Assembly: GCA_905178155.1 (NCBI GenBank)
Contig: CAJINV010000010.1
Location: forward strand, 3,882,599 to 3,946,598
Reading direction: 5' to 3'
Length of the DNA stretch: 64,000 nucleotides
DNA from: Amoebophrya sp. A120
Lineage: Eukaryota > Protista > Dinoflagellata
Position numbers and translations under genes: made by a program. The notes beneath the pieces were generated by a model. It did no database searches and was not told where the DNA came from. It saw only the letters and a list, made by a program, of their open reading frames with translations. Of the stretch, positions 1-12,591 are shown in pieces (within the stretch, counting starts at the first letter, position 1; every line of letters starts with the position of its first letter).

Positions 1-1
1 C

Positions 2-892
2 AACCCAACCTGGCTCTTCGCGAGGTACAAAAACGGCGGACACTTCTCCCCGCACACGGACGGCACGACCATGTTTGACTTCAATACCAGGACACTGTAC
101 ACTGTTTTGGTGTATTTGAATGACTTCGATATTAATACTAGTGCAGGGGTCGACGTGCAGGGAGATGAAGAAGAAGATGAACAACTACATGTAGACCAAC
201 AGGAAGGTCGTGATGAAGGATCTGCTACTCCGGAGACCCGTCCCAGCACGGACGGGGAGGAGAGTTGTGGTGACAGAAAATCTTCAGAAGACACTGAAAC
301 AAAGGCCAGAGGCGGAAGAAGCAGAAGAAGAAAATCTTCCTCTAGAAGTTCTAGGGAAAGAGGAGCATCGTCGCCAATTATCTACTGCCATCGTCCAAAA
401 ATGACCGCAGAGAGTGCTGGACCTCCTGCTCTGAATGACATCGTCGGAGGTTCAGCGACCACTAATATACAACGAGTATCCGAATCCAAAATCCTCGCAA
501 ACGACCACCTCTTGAACAATTCCGGCGGCACGAATATCTACCGCGACGAGCAAATTTGGGAAGCGTTGGAGAAAAACGAAGATGACAACCGGATTATCGG
601 GAACAGAAAACACGTCGCGGACACGGTCATTCCGAAGGCGGGGCGGGTTTTAATCTTTTACCACCGCTTGATGCACGAGGGGCTGCCGAGTCGGAGCAAG
701 TACATCATCCGGACTGATCTGGTGTTCAGGAGAAAAAATCCCCTGTTGACTGCGGAAGAGGACAAAGAGGCTTTTTCTTTGTATCAAGAAGCGGAAGTGC
801 TGGCGGAAGAAGGAAAAAACCGGGAGGCGATGGAAAAATTCCGCTGGGCTTTCGGAATGAGCAAGGAGTTGAGAAAAATTTACAAGCAATAA
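2..892 (+). CDS. 2OG-Fe(II) oxygenase (prolyl-4-hydroxylase-like), 5'-truncated
   Basis: Open from window start: ARYKNGGHFSPHTDG (HxD) ... YTVLVYLND ... GRVLIFYHRLMHEG ... KYIIRTDLVF (distal His and 2OG-binding Arg). Confidence 0.85.
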   Translation, partial: NPTWLFARYKNGGHFSPHTDGTTMFDFNTRTLYTVLVYLNDFDINTSAGVDVQGDEEEDEQLHVDQQEGRDEGSATPETRPSTDGEESCGDRKSSEDTETKARGGRSRRRKSSSRSSRERGASSPIIYCHRPKMTAESAGPPALNDIVGGSATTNIQRVSESKILANDHLLNNSGGTNIYRDEQIWEALEKNEDDNRIIGNRKHVADTVIPKAGRVLIFYHRLMHEGLPSRSKYIIRTDLVFRRKNPLLTAEEDKEAFSLYQEAEVLAEEGKNREAMEKFRWAFGMSKELRKIYKQ

Positions 893-1751
893 ACAAATAG
901 TTCTACAATAACCCATCTTGCTTTTGATGTTTGTTCCGAATTTGATACCAGCGTTTTCAGTATGAGAAATGGACTACTTACTAGCGACTACTTTTCTTGT
1001 GCACTGTGGTTTGTACGATCATGCGTTTCATCGCAACGGCGACGTAGTTTTTTCTTCAGCGACCGTATTAGGTACGAGTATAACACACGTACATTCACAA
1101 CATCCTGCCGTCGCATGGTTTTCGTTTTTCTTTCTTTCTTCTATGCGAAGCTGCTGTTCTCTCCTTGGCAATCAGAAAACCGCAGGCTGCAAAAATGACC
1201 AACGCATCCTCTTCGCTGCCAGTTCCAGCAAAGAAGATACAAGAGATTTTTTCAAATTGGCCCTATGAAATCAAAGGTAAACTCTACTCCTTGCACGCGA
1301 TCCAGAATCAGAAATAAGAAGTTGATAGCGAATCAATAGCCTGATCATCATGCAGATGCAGTTCGGGTTTCCCTGCTACTGACTCCCTTGCAAACTTTCG
1401 CTATAGGTGTAATTCAACACTTTCCAATGTTTATGTTATTTTGCAAACCACAACCAGGGAACATTGATGCGATGGCGGTTAAATTGGTATATGATTGTAT
1501 CGGCCAAGAACATCAATATGCTGCTTTATTCAGTAATGTGTCTGTGTGCAGTTGCAGGTGTACTGCTTGGTGGTTTGTGTTACATTGTAGTATCGAAGCA
1601 GTGTAGCAAGTGCAATTAGAGGAGTAGGTGCACATAATCACGACGAGATGAACTACATACAACAGTGATGTAGTCGCGAGAATTTCGTATGAAGATAAGG
1701 TACAACTACCACAACTATTGAAGCTGCTCATTCCGCATCAGAAACTACAAC

Positions 1752-3486
1752 ATGCTCGACCCGGCCGATGACGATCTTTCCCTTCCTTTCGAGGAACAGA
1801 TCGACATATTGCTTTCTATGTATCCCGACCGGAATCTGACGACAGTGGAAGACAATGCAATCTCTCAGCCGGGGAAGATTACGAAGGCAAGGATAGACGT
1901 TTCCCCCAACGTCGGGGGGGATACGAGATTGGAGTTCTTGCAATGCACGGTGGAGTATTGTTGTGAGATAAAGCCCGCGCCAGCTGCGGTACAACCTCCA
2001 AGGAACAAGGGGAAATCTTCCTCCTCATCTTCGTCCAAGAATCCCTCGCCATCGAATACGAATTCTGCAAAAGGACAACCTCAACCTTCGCATTGGAAAG
2101 TCGTAAAGTCCGTGAATATGGATGAGGAAGACGTGAAAGTGCTCCTCCACCGGCTGTCCACCGAGACGGACTCCTTTTTAGACGGCGTCCCTTTGGCGGT
2201 GGATTTACTAACCTCCATGAACGAAGAACTACGAGGGGATTGCCCGGTCTGTCTACTCCCCTTGCACGATGAGGAGGAAATGGCGGCGAGTGGTGGAAAA
2301 GGCGTGAATCTGCTCTTCCGGCCGAGTGTGTGCTTTCATGCGGTACTGATTAGAAGTGATAGTGACATAATTTTTACGCTTTGATGAATGATTGAATGCG
2401 CATGGGTTGTTGCTCGTAGGCACAACATGCGGTCCGACAAGTTGTATGATTTCCGATGCTTTGCTATGCGATACAAATGTGAAGAACTTCTCCTCGATAT
2501 ATCAAATAAGTACATTTCTTCCGATATTGAAAATACAGATGCACCGCGACTGCGTTTCCGAGTACTGGTCTTCTGTCCCGAACCCCGTCTGCCCCGTGTG
2601 CCGCGCGGAAGCCGCCGACGCAGATTTCTTGGAGCTCGGCATAAAACGGTTCGTCGAGCCAGAGCAGCCAAAGGAGTTTTCAAATAACCGAGATAGAAAC
2701 AACAGAAAGAACAACAACTTCGACAAGGACAATCCGCCCCCAATCAAGCTTGCAAACCACATGACAGAGGAGGAATTCCATCTACTCCCGGACGCGGCCT
2801 TGTCAAAAAGGGCGCGGAGGAGAAGAAACCGGTTGCATGAGCGGGGGTATAGGGAGTGGGATCCAAGTTGTGCTATGGAGGATGGAGGGGTGTATGACGA
2901 AACCAACGGCGCGGCTAACGCCGCCTCGCCACCCATTGTTCTGAAGCCAGCTGAAGGAGGGATACGGGATAACGACGGTTCTGCTACTATGCAAAAACAC
3001 CCCTCGACTTCCACCACAACGAGCAGCTCCGCAACCTCCTCGAACAAGGCCAGAACAGACAATAATCTTCTCCGTTCGCCAAGGATATCGGAACAACAAA
3101 CAGCTACCGGAGGTGGATCTACTTCTTCTTATACCCCTGCTTCTTCTTCAGCAGCGGCCACTAGTACAAGTGCAGGAGGTGTACCACCAAAGAAGAAGGA
3201 AGAAGTGAAGCAAACGGCGCTGCAGCTAGGTACGAAAAAGAACAAAGAATTCAAAGAATCCTTCCAAAAGCTGAAGGAGAAGAACAAGAAAGATATCCAG
3301 GACGCGCAGTATTACCGTACGACAAGTGCGAAGGCTGCGTACGCGATATTGCACTTCACGACGGCGGAAAAAGCGCTGAAATTAATGCTGGAGTTGAGGA
3401 ATAAACCGGTGCAGGAACAAGGAACAGGAGGGGAGAGTACTAACGATGAGGACAGCTGGAAGGTGAATTACTATTTCCCGGAATAG
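1752..3486 (+). CDS. RWD-like + RING-H2 E3 ubiquitin ligase-like protein (RNF25-like architecture)
   Basis: Exons 1752-2342 and 2539-3486 joined by a GT-AG intron (2343-2538) give CPVC...CFHA|MHRDCVSEYW...CPVCR, a RING-H2. The N-terminal EEQIDILLSMYP resembles an RWD start. Confidence 0.75.
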
Positions 3487-4614
3487 TATTAAAGTGCGGT
3501 GCTCGGTTGTAATCGGTTTCGAAGCCGAGCTTGAAGCTCAAAAGCTGGAGCTGCACACACGCACCACGTCCCACACCACATAATGCGTCGATATCTTGAA
3601 ATCACTAGCGACAATTGAAATGTTAAATCCCACGACCAACGCGACACACGGACATGAAAATGTTTTTCCGAAGATCATCCATGCGCTTTGTGCGGAAGTA
3701 AAGCGACAATATCTGAAGCAACGCGCCCTTGCTTTTGCTTTTCAGGAAGCGAACGTTGAGTCGTTGCAGACCGGAAACCGCAAGTGCCTCATGTTCCTGC
3801 TAGCACCCACGGTGCCTACGATTACTTGTTTGTAGCTGCAGCGGCCTGCATCACTTCATCGGTAATCTGTCTGTCGTTTTCATGGAAACAGAAATATTGA
3901 ATTCGGTGATGACTCTCGTGCATCAGAATCGTAAATTGCCTCGGTTTATTGCCACGCGCGTAAGAATCGCAATGGAAATGGATTTTAAACAAAGTATCGG
4001 TTCCCTGTTTGCGTATGATGGATAGGTCGCGCGACGTAAAAACCTCATCTGATCGGTCGTCCAAAATCGTACATCGTCTCGCGGGGACACAAGAAACGCA
4101 AGTCGTTCGTGATTTATTTTCTCTCGGTCAACACAGTCGCTCTTCGTGCAACGTAAGTAGTGCTAGTCGTCGTCTTTAGCCGCGCTCGAAATAACGAATA
4201 GAAACAATACTCGCTCTTTTCCTACTCAATCTTCAGGTGAAGTAGACGTTCTGTTTTTTTCACCTATATTTGATGTTGCCCCCAATAACACACTGTAATT
4301 GTTTCTAAAAGTAAGTATACACCATTCTTTTTTACCAAACTTCTGAACACTTCGCACTATGGTCCGGCCCGCCGAGGAGAACCGGCCGTTCAACGGCAGC
4401 AGCACAAACCGGTCAGGAATTTGGGATGACCTACTCGGGAAAGCAGGGGCGTTCGCTTTCTTAACGGTATAGTGAAGAAGTTTGTGGTCATGCATGAATA
4501 AACTGATTGGAAATGGAAAGTGCATCGCTGTACCTGTCTGTCTCTGTGCATCGCAAACAAAGCAATCTACAACATCTGACAATATTCAAATCGAAAACAA
4601 AAGCGAAACAACGA

Positions 4615-6742
4615 ATGAAATCTCAGGTTGTCTCCATCGCCGTGGGCACGCTTTTCAGCCTAATGTGGTACAGCTGTCATCCGGAGGGTGTCATGAACGC
4701 GGAAACGTTGAAGAAAAAGCTCGCGTCCGACCCCTTTCTCGCCGAATCCTCGATGGCCTCCACGTATGAACTGCAAAAGTATCGCACTCGTAGTAATTGC
4801 TATTGCAGTCCTGCATTACAAATCTCCTTCCTGAGACAAATCCGCATTACAAATTCCATTTCTCATGCTGGACAAATTTGTGATGCAATTTATAAAATAA
4901 CAATAGAGAATTTTTGGTCGGATTTTTCTGCCTTATAGATTATAGGGGCTCCCTTAGAAAATGATTAGTAGGGAGATCACTTTCTAGATGATTCCCTTAA
5001 ATGAGCTTTTAGACGAAGCTCCTAAGGGAAGCTTCTAAGGGAACACGGGTAACAAAAAAACTGGCACTGTGGGGAACAAAAATCCTGCATGCCGTGTGGG
5101 GACCAAAAATCCTGGCGTTGCAACTTGCAACGCCAGCCGCCCAGGCGTTGTTAACAGCCCTCGCGGCCTGCGCTGCAAGTTGCGGCCCGCGGTGGAGGCG
5201 TTGCAACGTCCGGAAGCTTGCATGCCAGAAAAAGGCTAAGGGGCGCGCGTCCCAGAATAAACAAAACCCAGCGGACTTTACCGCGGGCCAACTGGCTCAA
5301 GGAAATGAATCGAAAAAAAAACGCCGGGCCGGTTTTTAGCAGGCCTATTCTGGCCACCCCCAAACCCCGACCCCGCTTGGGGGGTAGGGGGGGGCGATGA
5401 CATCCGGCAAAACGAAAAGTAGGGGAGCGCCCCTTGCGAAGCTTAAGGCAAACACCACCCAAAGGGCACAAGCGCAACGCCCCGGGGATATATCTGGGGA
5501 TATATCTGGGGATATGTCTGGGGATATATCTGGGGATATATCTGGGGATATATCTGGGGATATATCTGGGGATATATCTGGGGATATATCTGGGGATATA
5601 TCTGGGGATATATCTGGGGATATGTCTGGGGATATATCTGGGGATATATCTGGGGATGTATCTGGGGGGATATCTGGGAAGGTATCTGGGGATATCTCTG
5701 GGGGGGTATCTGGGAAGGTGTCTGGGGATATGTCTGGGGAGATATCTGGGGAGATCTCGGGGGGGGGGGTCTGGGGATAGGTCTGGGGCAGCGCTGTGCT
5801 TTTTGGTCATGTTTATATTTCGGCCGCGTAGGTTACAGCAGGGCCGTCCGTGGAAAATGACTAGCAGGGGGCGCGCTTCTAGAAGTTGTCGCCAGGAGTC
5901 CCACCTAGAAAGCTGCAGCGAAGACGCGCTGAAGAAAAGGACTGGCATTGCGGGGGCCGTCCTCGCGGGCGGGAAATAGCACAACAGTGGAGCTCCTCTT
6001 GGCTCCGAATCCGATTTCTTTTCCTTATAGATTAGAGGGCGCTCCATAGGGGCTGAGTAGTACGTAGGGGAGGCCGTTCTAGGAGTTTTTTTGTGGTAGC
6101 GGCCCCACCGGGCGGGCTTCTTTAGAATGAAGGGGCCGGCGAAACGGCAGGGGGTGCGCTGCGGGTGGTCCTGTCTAGAAATGAGACACCGCACACGAGG
6201 GCAATCAGGCCAAGGCCCGCGGCCGGGTGGGGGCGAGCTAGCTAGGGGCTGAGCTCAGGGAACGAAAGCGAGCGCGCCCTCCAATGTGGGCCGCTACTAG
6301 GGAGGGGCGTTGCTAGCAACCGCGGGCCCGGTTTGCCATGCTAAAACCGCCCGCCGGGTTTCTAATACATAGTGGCCGCGTTTGCGCTAGGTAGCAGATC
6401 CTCAATGGCGAGACTCTTTCGACTAGCCTGCACCCCCATGCTCGCTAAGTTTTTTCCTGGGTGTTTACATTTAGACTTACTAGACGACCTATCGCCGGCG
6501 TCCTGGACGCCGGCGTAGTAGTCTAGTACTAGTACGATGCTTTTGCAAAGCATACCACGCAAGACCACATGGACGCAAAGAACGCCGGGGCGGGGCAGAA
6601 TGGCCTGGCCGCAAACAGTGTGTCCCCAACCAGCGCAGCGGCGTCCGCGGCCGCCGCACCAACAGCAGGAGGAAGTCCAGCGGCAGGTACTACGACGGGT
6701 GTAGCTGCAGGAGGCGCTCCGCCGGCCACGGGGCTGTCGTAA
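4615..6742 (+). CDS. small putative secreted/membrane protein with Ala/Gly-rich tail
   Basis: MKSQVVSIAVGTLFSLMW...SMAST|QDHMDAKNAGAG...ATGLS* is in frame after removing element 4765-6554 and one CCACG repeat. Confidence 0.6.
4893..6526 (+). mobile_element. non-autonomous Helitron-like insertion
   Basis: Inserted between A and T of the host introner without a TSD; 3' hairpin CGCCGGCGTCC-T-GGACGCCGGCG (6493-6515) then CTAG (6523-6526); 5' end is TA rather than TC. Confidence 0.55.
5484..5787. repeat. 12-bp tandem repeat (GGGGATATATCT)n, about 25 copies, degenerating 3'
   Basis: Directly visible; explains the GDIS/GIYL/PRYI repeat ORFs. Confidence 0.95.
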
Positions 6743-7618
6743 GACCAAGATTATGGGATTCCTGCGTTGTAGCTTCTTATCCTCGTAATATTCGAAATCT
6801 AATACTTGATGTGAGTAGGATAAAACGACCTGACGCATCAAAATTAACTTTGCTTACTTGTTGGTCTGTTTTATATTTCGAGGCCCACAATTACAGAAAG
6901 AGAAATTCAAATTTGCACTCCAAGTCAAGTGTATTGAAAGCAGGTAGAATGTTTTCTGTACCGACCTTCAACAGCAAAAGAACCCAATGTCGTGCAAGAA
7001 CTCTTTTGTACTGGAGCATTTTTTAAGCAGATTTGTTACAAGAGAAGTCTAGTATGCCACCGGCGAAGTGCACGCGGCACTGCCTACAACCGCATTGATA
7101 GAAGTGCACGAAGAAAAACACTTCTTGTACGGACAGACGCAGCAATCGCAACGCCACTACCTCGTTTCCCTCTTAACAAGGTTTGCTCAAATATTAAAGT
7201 GGTGCTTTTTTTGTGCCCGGCACGATTATGTGCCCCTCTGAAGATTTCGCTTCTGGTGTTGGCTTTTTTCACGACCTTCGTCATTCGTAGAGTTGCATTC
7301 GGCAGTCCAGTGCGACACAGAGCGACTGAGGGAAGCAGATGTGGGCTTTTTTGTGACGTCGAGAGAGAAGGATATGCACGCGCCCTGCCTGCGTCGTCGG
7401 TATCGAAAAGATGAGAGGATCATGTCGAAGCCATGTAACTACTATTCTTGCCGTAACTTGAAATGGTCGAGTTCCCGTTAGTCGCTGATAATGTAAGTGA
7501 AGCTCCAGATGAATCTTCTGGATTGCAGAGGTGGTCGAAACTGCAGCTGATCTTCCTTTGCGCACTGTTACTACTGTATGTAAGTACAGAAAGAGGGCAT
7601 AACTATTCGAAAAGAAAA

Positions 7619-8913
7619 ATGGACCTCCACGTGCTGCAGGGCCTGGAGCAGGCGTCCTCCTCCTCCCTTGACAAAACTCTGAAGGAAGAAAAAGCCCGAC
7701 GAAAAGACAAGGAATTCCGCGAATTTCTGGTGCATTCCGGTGCGGCGGACTCTCTCCTGAAACTCGTCATTTCCCTTCGCGAGCACGAGGCGTTCACAAG
7801 TGAGAAGTTTCCGCTGTCGACCGAGGAAAAGACCGGGATTTTGAAACTTTTGTTCGACTTCTACGGATCCCAGCCAGATCCGATATGGGACGAGATCGAT
7901 TTTTTGAGAAAATCGAACACCGCCATGGGACAGGATCTGGTGACGTTGGGGAAAAGTATAAAATGAGACATAAAAGTTTAGCTGGTTGTAGTGGTTTGGT
8001 AAAACAAAAACGACTTTTGTCTTTAATACTATGAGAGTCCTCGCAGGAATACACTTGAAGTACTTTATTAGATTCACGCGGTTCATCTGTGTTGCGCAAA
8101 CACACAACTAGGTATCACCAGTGTTGAGCAGGACATTGCAGTAGTGCAAAGACGAGCTTTCGCGGTCCGGGCATGGAAATTCATCTCCAACCTCGAGGGG
8201 ACGGATGAAAGGACATTAGATATCCTGAGTAAAAACATACCCACACCAGAGTCAGGATGGGGATTTTGCAACACAAACCTAGGAGTTTTGTGAGTCACGC
8301 ATGACAAGTTGCACTATGCAGTAGTGCAGGTTAGCAAGTGCAGCCGCATCACAGATTCATCTGCTCATCCTGTTCACAGCATCACAAATTCCAAAACACA
8401 ATTGGAAATGGCTCTCATGGGGATGCGCGTTACAAGTCTTCCTGTCTTTGCAAATCTGCATTACAACTCTGGCGTGGGTACGTTTTTGCTCAGGATATTA
8501 GAAGAGGGCCAGACGCTGCAGAAACGAGACGCGATAAGCGGTAATTACAATTAGGGCTACTTATACTTTGTCATGCAGATTTGAACATAATGATAGTCCT
8601 TACACACTGCAGTTCAGCATGACAAACCGAATCCGAATTCATCATATACCAAACCGAAGGTAAAGAGTTTCTCACCCGTCTCATCGGCGCCTACAAGAAG
8701 CTCCCACACCCGTCGCTGGTCGAGCTGCCGTCGATAGAGAAGAAGAAATTTGTCAACCGAGGGGATGTGGACGACCGAATGGCGCTGGTGTTCATCCCGG
8801 AGGCCTTGGGATTGACGGAGGACAACTCGGCTGGGCCGTTGTATCCGGAACCGGACGAGGAGTGTTTCGCGAAAATCGCGGAAGTGCTGGCTGCGCTGCA
8901 GGTGGAGGAGTGA
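7619..8913 (+). CDS. MYCBP/AMY-1-like domain protein (multi-exon)
   Basis: KDKEFREFLVHSGAADSLLKLVISLRE resembles the MYCBP helix motif; further exons near 8112-8220, 8503-8540 and about 8615-8913 (...IAEVLAALQVEE*). Confidence 0.5.
8221..8497. mobile_element. introner family E (TATCCTGAGTAAAAAC TIR)
   Basis: TIRs plus TTAGA direct repeat; near-identical copy at 53790-54068. Confidence 0.9.
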
Positions 8914-9684
8914 CAGTGAGGATTTGTGATAAAAGACGAATAAATTCTCATTCGCACGTCTGTTGCTGTTCCCAACATCGGTTTGTCTGAAAGGCAATGC
9001 TAGTACTAATTGCTTGCTTCAACAAGCAAGAATCCGAGTGGCGTTGTGTCGGCCATCGTCGGTTACTGGCACTCATGCTGTGCAGTTCTGTTCTTTTGTT
9101 ATTTAACGCATCCTCGTGACCTGGTTGCGGTTGCGCGAGATGGTCGAATTTGGATTACGCTTTTCTTCCCGTAGCTCCATTCGGTTTATGTCATTGATGA
9201 CACCATCGCCCTTCGTTCGGTCAGGTACAGGTTCTCAATCTGTCTGACTCATGATTCGCTATCGCTACTTTTCGGTGTGGTTGTTTTTGTGCAAGTCGAC
9301 GAGGTTTGGCAATAATGTCGGTGTATGTATGAAGTATAGTAAGTACTTCCAAGTAGATCGTCCGTCTCGGCGACGATAAGCAATCGGAATTGCCCTCATG
9401 TGTTGTTCGGTGTAGATCACAATCGACGCTAAAGCCAATAAAGCTCCAGAGCATGCAAATCGACACTATGGTGAATAAAAGCACGCGACACTAAAGCTAC
9501 ACCACTTCACACTACAGCCAGTCACTTCTGGTGTTTTTCTCCTCCTCTTTGTTCTCAGTCTTTATCTTTACGTGTCACAGCCGAAGTCACCCCCTACTTT
9601 CCTATACATATGTTTTTACTTTATTCCACCCTCTGATTGCGCTCCTGGTGTATATTACCTAATCGTATCACTCCAAAATCAAAA

Positions 9685-12591
9685 ATGTCCGACTGCAAAC
9701 CGGAACTGATCCGGCAACTCCAGCTTCTCGCGAACGACCACAAGACGCGCAACGACACCTTTCGCGTCCGGGCCTACAACAAGGTGTTACAGTCACTGAA
9801 AGATTCCAACGCGGTCGGGGCGATCAAGACGGAAAAGGATCTCGACAATGTTCCGGGGTTGAGCAAAACCGGGTCGATCCGGCAGCGGATGGTGACGATT
9901 ATCAAAAATTTCTCCGCCGCATCATCAAAGGCTACCAGTGCTTCTACCTCTTTATCCCCTGCTTCAACAAACAAACGAAAGCGCAGCGACAGTGTGGACA
10001 GCAATAGTATTAAACAAGCGAACAGCCAGCAAGGAAATAGTAGTAGCGCAGGAGCGGGAAGTAGTCAGAAGATAAACAGCCAGGATCTGGACCTTCCAGA
10101 AGTGAAAAAGATCAAAGAGTCCAAGGAGTCGCAGATTCTCCAACAGTATACATTGCAAAACTGTCTGGGTCTGGAAGGATGCAAAGTTTGTCATGCTTGT
10201 CTGACATAACTGAAGAGTTTGTGATGCATGTCCAAGAAGAGCAAGAGACCCTCTTGCTTGTAATGCAAAAACGCAGTTTTTTATGCGGAAACCGCAACAC
10301 TCAGGCGCGCAAATATTTTTCGTGCTTGGCTGTGCAGCAATGCAGCGCATTCACTATTCCCAGCGCAGCATTACAAGTTTCCAGACTCAGACAACATATT
10401 TGCATTTGATCAACAGCTGCAGAAGATCCATGGATTCGGCGGCGTCCGGGCGCAGCAGCTCGTGAACAGTTACAAGGTAAGAAGTCTGGCCGACTTGCTG
10501 AAATTGCCCGACAATGTTCTAACCCGGACGGAGAAAATTGGCGTGGAATACTACGACGATATCAACGCAGACATCCCGCGACAAGAGACCGAGCAGCACG
10601 TTGTGTTTCTGAAAAAACAAGTGGAGAAATTGAGTGCCGTGTTGAAGAAGGATAGTACCAGCACTAACAGTAAAAGTAGCCAAATTATATTAAATGATCT
10701 CCAATTTTCCTGCGAAGTGACCGGCTCCTTCCGGCGGGGGGAAAAGAAAAACGGCGATATCGATCTAGTTTTGACTATGAAAAACCACAAAACCACTCTC
10801 GAACCGAAGAAGGTTTTCCAGGGATTTTTAGCCTTGTTGGCAGAAACCGGGTATTTGACGGAAACTTTGTATGAAAGCGTCAGAATCGAAATCACCAAAA
10901 TCGAAATAGTTTGTGATGCATAAAATCGATGCCACTTGGGGCCTCAGTTTCCAAGTGGAGCATGACAAATTTCGGGAGCGCCAAAATCCAGTCTGTCATG
11001 CTGTTTGGGCAAATAAGACCGCTCCTGTCATGCTACTCTGGCAATTCATTTTTAGGGCTAAACAGGCTTGCAATCGGTCATATTTGCCTCCTCTCCAACA
11101 CTGGCCTTCTGTGCCCTACATTTTACGCATTACAAATATTTTGATTTTGTCGATTTCGATCCTGACACTCCCATACTTTGGCTTCGTCGGTGGAATTGGA
11201 GAATTACGGAAATAGTTCGTATTCACCGGCTATCAAATGCAAAAATGTCTGGGTCTGGAAGATTGCCAGGTTTGTGATGCATATTTTGCATAACCCATGA
11301 TGCCTGTAATGCATGAACTAACATCACAGGTTCTTAAGGGTCCTTCTGATGCGTATTCCGCATGAGACATGCCCACTCCGCGCAGCACAAACTGAACCCC
11401 TCTTGCTGGTCATGCAATACAGATTTTCTTTACCTTCCAAAGACAGCATCACAAGTTGCAACCTTCCAGACCCAGACATTTTTGCATTTGATACCGGCGG
11501 GGAAAAACAATAACAAGGGTAGTATAAAAATAAAAGCCGGTCGCTCGTCAACTTCATCCTCGTCCTCTTTGAATAATAAACCCTCGTCGACGTCGTCGAC
11601 CCCGAGCCTAACTTTTTCCCCTTCCAGCAGACTACACGGAGCTGCAATACAAAAGGTTAATTCTGATTCCTCTACAAGTTCCAACAACTGGTCGTTGAAA
11701 TGGACTATCAAATGCAAATATGTCTGGGTCTGGAAGAATGCAAGTTTGTCATGCTTGTCTGGCGTGACTCATAAATCTGTAATGCATGAGCAGGAAAATG
11801 GCCTCTTTCCTGTCACACAAAAACGCAGTTTGCCATGCGGAAAACGAAACACAGTAGTAGCTTAAAAATTTGTCATGCTTGGCTGCGTATTGCAGTCCGC
11901 CCACCAGTCACATTTTAGCATCACAACTTTCCAGACCCAGGCACTTTTGCATTTGATATGGATGGGTCTGGCGAAACTTTTTCTCCACGACAACGACAAG
12001 CTCAACAAGCACCGGAGATTGGACATTCTGTTCGTCCCTTCGGAAATTTACCCCTTCACGCTGGTCTATGAGAGTTGATAACTCTCCCTTCCCCTCATTT
12101 GTATTGCATGAACAGCAATACAACCGTTGGCAAGAGTGCGGGTTTTCCATGACAAATTCACCCAGGACTCTAGTGCTGGTTGATCTTTCTGCCAGAACCT
12201 GTCATGCAAAAGGTGCCAAGAGGCAAATAGTGGATTTGGTATTTTGCATGACAAATGAGAGGGAGGGGTTGTGCACTGTCATATGGTCCATTTCACGGGC
12301 AATGCGCTGTTCAACATCGATCTGAGGAACCACGCGCTAAACTGCGGCTACAGTTTGTCCGAGCACGGTTTCCGGTACGTAAAGAAGGAAAGCAGTGCGA
12401 GTCAAGCTGCGCTGAACAAGAAAACACCCTCGAATCAGTACTCGAACCAATTTGTTTCCGAGCTGGACATTTCGAAAAAACTGAACAAGAAGAAATTCGA
12501 GACCGAGGCGGACGTGTTTCGCTTTTTGGGCTTGAAATACATCAACCCGGGGGACAGGAAACATGGAGTGTTAGGGAAGCATCGACTCTAG
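9685..12591 (+). CDS. DNA polymerase family X (pol beta-like), 6 exons
   Basis: After removing 5 introners: FRVRAYNK (lyase domain), LQKIHGFGGVRAQQL (HhH), GSFRRGEKKNGDIDLV, KWMG, HRRLDI, LVHFTGNALFNIDLRNHAL, EADVFRFLGLKYINPGDR. Confidence 0.92.
10147..10410. mobile_element. introner family A (TATCAAATGCAAAAATGTCTGGGTCTGGAA-type TIR)
   Basis: TIRs; CAACAG direct repeat; removal restores the polX frame. Confidence 0.88.
10870..11175. mobile_element. introner family B (TATGGAAGCGTCAGGATCGAAATCGAC-type TIR)
   Basis: About 55-bp TIRs; CTTTG direct repeat. Confidence 0.9.
11231..11493. mobile_element. introner family A
   Basis: Perfect about 31-bp TIR; CCGGC direct repeat. Confidence 0.92.
11706..11958. 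mobile_element. introner family A
   Basis: TIRs; TGGAC/TGGAT flanks; restores KWMG. Confidence 0.9.
12067..12283. mobile_element. introner family C (TATGACAGTGCACAAC TIR)
   Basis: TIRs; TGGTC direct repeat. Confidence 0.9.

Larger units (their letters stand above)
4765..6554. mobile_element. introner (family F, TAT..TGCAAAAGTATCG TIR) enlarged by a nested insertion
   Basis: TATGAACTGCAAAAGTATCG ... CGATGCTTTTGCAAAGCATA; direct repeat CCACG at 4760-4764 and 6555-6559. Confidence 0.85.

Noticed and set aside
5151-6194. 347-aa PRYI-repeat ORF and overlapping GDIS/GIYL ORFs
   Set aside because: By-products of a stop-free 12-bp minisatellite inside a nested insertion
9685-12591. PolX as a TE-disrupted pseudogene, or an alternative genetic code
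   Set aside because: All five insertions excise in frame with catalytic motifs intact, and stops occur only inside the elements
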